Shown here piece by piece: positions 59,036 to 64,000 of a stretch of DNA of 64,000 nt. A model generated the notes under the pieces. The model was not told the DNA's origin and did not search any database. It was given only the letters and a program-made list of their open reading frames with translations. Each line of letters opens with the position of its first letter. The first letter of the stretch is position 1. The stretch is from Nitrospiraceae bacterium. Its GTDB lineage: Bacteria > Nitrospirota > Nitrospiria > Nitrospirales > Nitrospiraceae. The stretch spans positions 1 through 64,000 of the forward strand of contig JBFWWG010000007.1 in the NCBI GenBank assembly GCA_050246315.1. The letters run 5' to 3'. The translations under genes and the position numbers were made by a program.

Positions 59036-59803
59036 ATGGCACCCTACCTCATCGTCGGCAATTGGAAGATGACTCGGACGGCCTCGGAAGCCCCGTCCTT
59101 GGTCACCAGGCTGCTTGAGCTTGTTCCGACCGGGCTCTCGGTCGAAGTCGTCCTCGCCCCTCCCTTTACCAGCATCCCCGTCGTGGGGCAGCTCCTTGCC
59201 GCCGCGAACCATCGCCTGTCGCTGGGGGCGCAGAACGTGTTTTGGGAGGATCGCGGCGCCTATACCGGGGAGGTCTCCGCCCCTATGCTCGTAGACCTGG
59301 GCTGCCGGTACGTGATTCTCGGCCACTCGGAGCGCCGTCATCTCCTGGGAGAACAGGACGAAGCCGTGAACAAGAAAGTACGGGCGGTTCTTCGCCACGG
59401 ACTCTCCCCGATCCTCTGCGTGGGAGAAACCCTTGCCGAGCGGCAACAGGGACAGACCGAGAAAGTCATTCGGCGCCAACTCGATGCGGGGCTTGATGGG
59501 GTCACCGGACAAGATTTGACGACACTCACCGTCGCCTATGAGCCGGTGTGGGCTATCGGAACCGGGCAGGCGGCGAGCGTCGACCAGGCAGCGGAGGTGC
59601 ACCGGCAGATCCGTTGTGCGGTCGGAGAGAGAGGCGTGAGCAGCGCTGAGTCCGTTCGCATCCTGTATGGCGGGAGCGTGTCCGCGCAGAACATTGGCGA
59701 CTTTCTCTCCTCTCGCGAGATTGGCGGCGCATTAGTGGGCGGCGCTTGTCTCGATCCTGAAGTCTTTGCTAAGATCATTCGGATTGCCCAAGAGAAAGAC
59801 TGA
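59036..59803 (+). CDS. tpiA: Triosephosphate isomerase
   Basis: GNWKM, GHSERR, AYEPVWAIGTG, LYGGSV; start at 59036 or 58988. Confidence 0.97.
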   Translation: MAPYLIVGNWKMTRTASEAPSLVTRLLELVPTGLSVEVVLAPPFTSIPVVGQLLAAANHRLSLGAQNVFWEDRGAYTGEVSAPMLVDLGCRYVILGHSERRHLLGEQDEAVNKKVRAVLRHGLSPILCVGETLAERQQGQTEKVIRRQLDAGLDGVTGQDLTTLTVAYEPVWAIGTGQAASVDQAAEVHRQIRCAVGERGVSSAESVRILYGGSVSAQNIGDFLSSREIGGALVGGACLDPEVFAKIIRIAQEKD

Positions 59804-59820
59804 TTTTTCATGGAGCGCTC

Positions 59821-60186
59821 ATGTACACCCTACTGATCATCGTTCATATCCTCACTTGCTTCTTCATGATCGCGACCATTCTGCTGCAATCAGGCAAGGG
59901 CGCCGAGATCGGGGCAGCCTTCGGCGGATCAAGTCAAACCGTCTTCGGGAGCCGAGGCCCTGCGAACTTTTTGAGCAAACTCACCGTCGGCTGCGCCGCC
60001 GTGTTCATGGTGACGTCATTGAGTCTGGCCGTCCTGGCCAAAGAACGGACGTTTTCCTCCACCGTCATCGATCTCAACAAGAAAGAATCATCCACTCCCT
60101 CATCGTCTGCCCCGTCATCGTCTACTCCGTCTGCGACGGAACAGAAGCCGACAGAGAGCGCCGCGCCTTCCGAATCTTCCAAATAG
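59821..60186 (+). CDS. secG: Preprotein translocase subunit SecG
   Basis: ILLQSGKGA..GAAFGGS..FGSRG..NFL; follows tpiA. Confidence 0.95.
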   Translation: MYTLLIIVHILTCFFMIATILLQSGKGAEIGAAFGGSSQTVFGSRGPANFLSKLTVGCAAVFMVTSLSLAVLAKERTFSSTVIDLNKKESSTPSSSAPSSSTPSATEQKPTESAAPSESSK

Positions 60187-60326
60187 TCGGGTTTCCCCAA
60201 CCAAGACTCGGCAGTACGAGCAACGGATCCTCGGGGATGCTTCTAGGTCGTGCGCACGCGCCTACCGGGAGCGCTACTGAAAGTGCTTGGCAGGTCGAGG
60301 GATGGGAAGTGTTGAGGAGGTGGTTC

Positions 60327-61238
60327 CTACACCGGCGTGAGCCAGCCGGAATGGGCTGAGTTCTCGCCTCGGACGATCGAGAAGAAAGCCTGTTGAAGCG
60401 AGGTCGTGATTGGCCCCGGCTTTCCGTTTCCGATCCGGCGGCCGTCGATCTCGCGAATAGGGGTCACTTCGGCCGCGGTGCCGGTCACAAAGGCTTCCTC
60501 CGCCACATACATCGCATCCCGCGTGAACCGCTCTTCAACGACCGGCAGATTTCGCTCGCGGGCGAGTTGCATGAGGGAATTGCGCGTGATCCCCTCCAGA
60601 ATCGAGGTCAATGGGGTGGTGATAAGCCGTCCTCGGCGCACGATAAAGACGTTCTCGCCGGTGCCCTCGGCCACATAGCCGTCGGGATCGAGCAGGATGG
60701 CTTCGTCGTACCCATTTGCCTTGGCCTCCCGCTTGGCCATGATGGAATTGACATAGTAGCCGGAGATTTTGCCTCTCGTCATCGATACGTTCACATGGTG
60801 GCGCGTGAATGACGAGACGCAGGCCCTCATGCCGTGCGCCAAGGCTTCCTCCCCCAGGTAGGCGCCCCAGCGCCAGGCGGCAATCGCGAGTCGGATCGGA
60901 TTGTCGCCCGGATGCACGCCCATCATGCCGTACCCGATATACACGAGCGGGCGGATATAGCAACTGTCGAGCTTGTTCACGCGGACTGTTTCGATGATCG
61001 CATCCGCCACCTGTTTCTTGTCATACGGAATGGTCATCATCGCGATGTGCGCCGATTCAAACAGCCGATCCACATGCTCGTACAATCGAAAAATAGCCGA
61101 CCCCTGTTTGCCCTGATAGCACCGGATCCCTTCGAATGCGGCCAATCCGTAGTGGAGCGAATGGGTCAGGATGTGGACGTTCGCCTCGCTCCAGGAGACA
61201 AATTGGCCATCCATCCAGATTTTCTCACTTGCCTGCAT
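60327..61238 (-). CDS. ilvE: Branched-chain amino acid aminotransferase
   Basis: LHYGLAAFEGIR, YIRPL, EGTGEN, LEGITR, GTAAE. Confidence 0.96.
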   Translation of the reverse strand: MQASEKIWMDGQFVSWSEANVHILTHSLHYGLAAFEGIRCYQGKQGSAIFRLYEHVDRLFESAHIAMMTIPYDKKQVADAIIETVRVNKLDSCYIRPLVYIGYGMMGVHPGDNPIRLAIAAWRWGAYLGEEALAHGMRACVSSFTRHHVNVSMTRGKISGYYVNSIMAKREAKANGYDEAILLDPDGYVAEGTGENVFIVRRGRLITTPLTSILEGITRNSLMQLARERNLPVVEERFTRDAMYVAEEAFVTGTAAEVTPIREIDGRRIGNGKPGPITTSLQQAFFSIVRGENSAHSGWLTPV

Positions 61239-61434
61239 GGGTCCTCGCCACCGGAGTGCTGGGGGTAGATCGAACGGATGTACTGCCGCTCTGCATGCCT
61301 GTCATTTGCACTTGTACCATGGACCGCCTGGTTCAAGCCAGCCTCAAGCGGATTGCTTGACACCTTCTTTCCCGATGTGATACCTGTGTTGGTCTTTCAA
61401 AAATCCAGCGCACAATTACAGGGATCTTCTCACT

Positions 61435-61749
61435 ATGTATGCCATCATTGCCGCAGGCGGAAAACAATACCGCGTGGAGACGGGTCATGTACTCCAGGTC
61501 GAAAAGCTTCCGGGTGACGTAGGCGCCACCGTTGAGTTGAAGGATGTCCGGTTGATCCAGGGCGACCAGGGTGTCGTGATCGGCCAACCGACCGTCGCCT
61601 CCGCCCGTGTGACCGCGGAAATCATTCGCCAGGGTAGGACCAGGTCGATCATGATCTTCAAAAAGAAGCGCCGGAAGAACTATCGCCGGACCAAAGGGCA
61701 CCGACAGGCCTTCACGCAGATCCGGATTACAGGCATTGAAACCAAGTAG
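61435..61749 (+). CDS. rplU: 50S ribosomal protein L21
   Basis: MYAII..GGKQYRV, KGHRQ. Confidence 0.98.
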   Translation: MYAIIAAGGKQYRVETGHVLQVEKLPGDVGATVELKDVRLIQGDQGVVIGQPTVASARVTAEIIRQGRTRSIMIFKKKRRKNYRRTKGHRQAFTQIRITGIETK

Positions 61750-61766
61750 TCGCGAGGTACGGTACC

Positions 61767-62024
61767 ATGGCAACAAATAAAGGCGGCGGATCATCCAGAA
61801 ACGGTCGGGATAGCAATCCTCAATATCTCGGGGTCAAGGCGTATGGAGGACAGGTCGTTCCTGCCGGGAGCATTATTGTGCGCCAGCGGGGGACCAAGTT
61901 CTTCCCGGGCTTCAACGTCGGCATGGGTAAGGACCACACCCTGTTTGCCAAGATTTCGGGCGTCGTCAAATTCGAAAGCGGACGCGCGCGCGCCCGGGTC
62001 AGTATCCTCCCCGTCTCCTCTTGA
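61767..62024 (+). CDS. rpmA: 50S ribosomal protein L27
   Basis: [28 protein letters not shown]. Confidence 0.98.
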   Translation: MATNKGGGSSRNGRDSNPQYLGVKAYGGQVVPAGSIIVRQRGTKFFPGFNVGMGKDHTLFAKISGVVKFESGRARARVSILPVSS

Positions 62025-62159
62025 GCGAGCCCGCTTGTCACCGCCCCTTTCAGTCGGAGCCTTCACTGGACAAGCTCTCCTGACTTTTGATTGAATCTCG
62101 TTCTCTGACCGGTCCTGAAACGGGCCGGTGGCACTGACTGCTTATCAAGCAGGCTCCTC

Positions 62160-63185
62160 ATGTTCGTTGACCAGGTACGTATCTTCGTCAAGGCCGGGGC
62201 CGGTGGAAACGGGGCCTGCAGCTTCCGACGGGAGAAGTACGTCCCCCGGGGCGGGCCCGACGGCGGAGACGGAGGAGCTGGCGGGTCCGTGATCCTCCAA
62301 CCCTCACACCGGCTGACCACCCTGCTCGACCTGCGCTATCAACAGGAATACCGGGCCGACGCGGGAAGACCGGGCGATGGTTCGAACAAGCAGGGCAAAA
62401 CAGCATCGGATGTCGTGGTCAGCGTCCCGGTGGGGACATTGATCATGGACGACGAGTCCGGGGAAGTCCTCGCCGACTTGACCGCCGAGAGCCAAACCTA
62501 TGTAGCGGCTCGCGGAGGACGGGGTGGGCGAGGCAACGCGCAATTTGCCACCTCGACCAATCAAACCCCGACCCACTGCCAACCCGGACAACCGGGCGAG
62601 GAACGGTGGCTGCGGCTTGAGCTGAAACTGCTGGCCGATGTCGGATTAGTGGGCCTGCCCAATGCGGGCAAGTCCACCTTGATCGCGGCCGTATCTGCAG
62701 CCCGACCCAAGATCGCGGACTACCCCTTCACAACCCTGATCCCGAACCTCGGCGTCGTCCGGTGGGACGAGGAGCATCACTTTGTCATCGCGGACATTCC
62801 CGGTCTGATCGAAGGGGCTCATGAGGGCAAGGGGTTGGGCCACCAATTTCTTCGTCACATCGAGCGGACCTCTTTGCTCTTATATCTCGTGGATATCTCC
62901 GACTGGACGACGGACGACCCCGTGGAGGCGTTCTTGACCCTCCGTCGTGAGGTCGAAGCCCACGACCACACGCTGAAGAAGCGGCCCTTCGCAATCGCCG
63001 CCACCAAGCTTGACATCCAAGGTGACGGCCGCCGTCTTGCGGACCTCCGAGCCTTCTGCAAGAAACGGCGCATTCGCCTGTTCCCAATTTCGGCCGCCAC
63101 GCGGGAAGGGCTCGACGGCCTGATTCGCTTCCTCGGCAAACAAGTCCTGACGCTGAGGCAAACTCCGTGCGCGAGCAACTACTGA
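62160..63185 (+). CDS. obgE: GTPase ObgE/CgtA
   Basis: FRREKYVPRGGPDGGDGG, GLPNAGKST, DIPGLIEGA. Confidence 0.98.
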   Translation: MFVDQVRIFVKAGAGGNGACSFRREKYVPRGGPDGGDGGAGGSVILQPSHRLTTLLDLRYQQEYRADAGRPGDGSNKQGKTASDVVVSVPVGTLIMDDESGEVLADLTAESQTYVAARGGRGGRGNAQFATSTNQTPTHCQPGQPGEERWLRLELKLLADVGLVGLPNAGKSTLIAAVSAARPKIADYPFTTLIPNLGVVRWDEEHHFVIADIPGLIEGAHEGKGLGHQFLRHIERTSLLLYLVDISDWTTDDPVEAFLTLRREVEAHDHTLKKRPFAIAATKLDIQGDGRRLADLRAFCKKRRIRLFPISAATREGLDGLIRFLGKQVLTLRQTPCASNY

Positions 63186-64000
63186 AAGACGTCTCCCGCC
63201 TCGTGGTGAAGATCGGGAGCAGCCTGATCGCATCCCGCAACCTGGGTCTGCGCGAAGATCGAATCGAGCGTCTGGCTGCCGAAATCAGCGCGATCAAGCA
63301 GGAGGGCCGCGAGGTGCTGATCGTCACCTCCGGCGCAATTGTATCGGGCCTGACCAAGCTGGGGCTGTCCTCGTCCCCGAAACACCTGCCGGTCAAACAG
63401 GCCGCCGCCGCAGTGGGGCAGAGCCGGCTGATGTGGGCCTATGAAAAGGCATTCGAACGATTCGGCCAGAAGGTCGCGCAGGTACTGTTGACGCACCAGG
63501 ATTTAGCCGACCGACGACGATTCTTGAACGCCAGACATACCTTGACGGCGCTCTTGGCATTCAGCGTGATCCCGATCATCAACGAGAACGACACCGTCGC
63601 CGTGGACGAGATCCGCTTCGGCGACAACGACACGCTGGGGGGGGAAGTGGCCCATCTGGTCGATGCCGGCCTCCTGGTCATCCTCTCGGATGTAGACGGC
63701 CTGTTCACGGCCGACCCTCGCAAGCATCACCACGCCACATTGATCCCGCTGGTCGAGAAAGTCACGGATGAGATTCAACAGTTGGCTGGCGCCTCTTCCA
63801 CCCTCGAAGGAACGGGAGGAATGGTCACCAAAGTCAGGGCTGCGAAGAAAATCGCATCCTACGGCGTCGGTACGCTCCTGCTTAACGGCGAACAGCCGGG
63901 GCTATTGCAGTCCGTCCTGCACGGTTCGCAAGGCGGAACCGTCTTCCTACCGCAATCCCGTCGGCTGGGAAGCCGAAAACATTGGATTGCCTTTACTCTG
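63167..64000 (+). CDS. proB: Glutamate 5-kinase (runs off the window end)
   Basis: GTG at 63167 gives MREQLLKDVSRLVVKIGSS; TSGAI, AAAAVGQ, INENDTV, FGDND, GTGGMVTK. Confidence 0.95.
   Translation, partial: MREQLLKDVSRLVVKIGSSLIASRNLGLREDRIERLAAEISAIKQEGREVLIVTSGAIVSGLTKLGLSSSPKHLPVKQAAAAVGQSRLMWAYEKAFERFGQKVAQVLLTHQDLADRRRFLNARHTLTALLAFSVIPIINENDTVAVDEIRFGDNDTLGGEVAHLVDAGLLVILSDVDGLFTADPRKHHHATLIPLVEKVTDEIQQLAGASSTLEGTGGMVTKVRAAKKIASYGVGTLLLNGEQPGLLQSVLHGSQGGTVFLPQSRRLGSRKHWIAFTL

Noticed and set aside
60187..60326. tRNA-Leu often found after secG
   Set aside because: No cloverleaf or T-loop motif visible

Overview
High-GC bacterial chromosome segment, probably Nitrospira-like. That assignment is an inference from gene style and content, not a database result. 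(1) 1-17.3 kb: the left end of an IS3 element, then a minus-strand type VI secretion (T6SS) operon. In transcription order it reads degenerate kinase-like gene, fha, tssJ, K, L, M, tagF, tagJ, tssA, B, C, with a membrane pentapeptide-repeat gene upstream. hcp, tssEFG, clpV and vgrG are not in the window. (2) 18.2-23.3 kb: a divergent operon of exported proteins: TPR-caspase lipoprotein, DUF4384-like protein, small KRWWFW protein and a 14-repeat RCC1 lipoprotein. (3) 23.5-39.3 kb: small proteins, a GH63/debranching-enzyme pair, a beta-helix protein, coaE-trxB-thiI, an operon of catalytically altered PolX-PHP, a DGQHR protein and an SRPBCC protein, then queG. (4) 39.4-54 kb: a signalling cluster with two related Cache-type kinases, NtrC- and NarL-type regulators, a heme-c protein, a protease-FGE fusion and small exported proteins. 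A roughly 3.4 kb insert interrupts it, carrying a hybrid kinase and an IS256 remnant and bounded by a duplicated kinase 3' end. (5) 54-64 kb: housekeeping genes (mutS2, gap-pgk-tpiA-secG, ilvE, rplU-rpmA-obgE-proB). Non-coding features include two miniature inverted-repeat families that share an ERIC-like core hairpin, a REP-like nest and a triplicated ~90-bp palindromic module. I found no rRNA, tRNA or CRISPR array.
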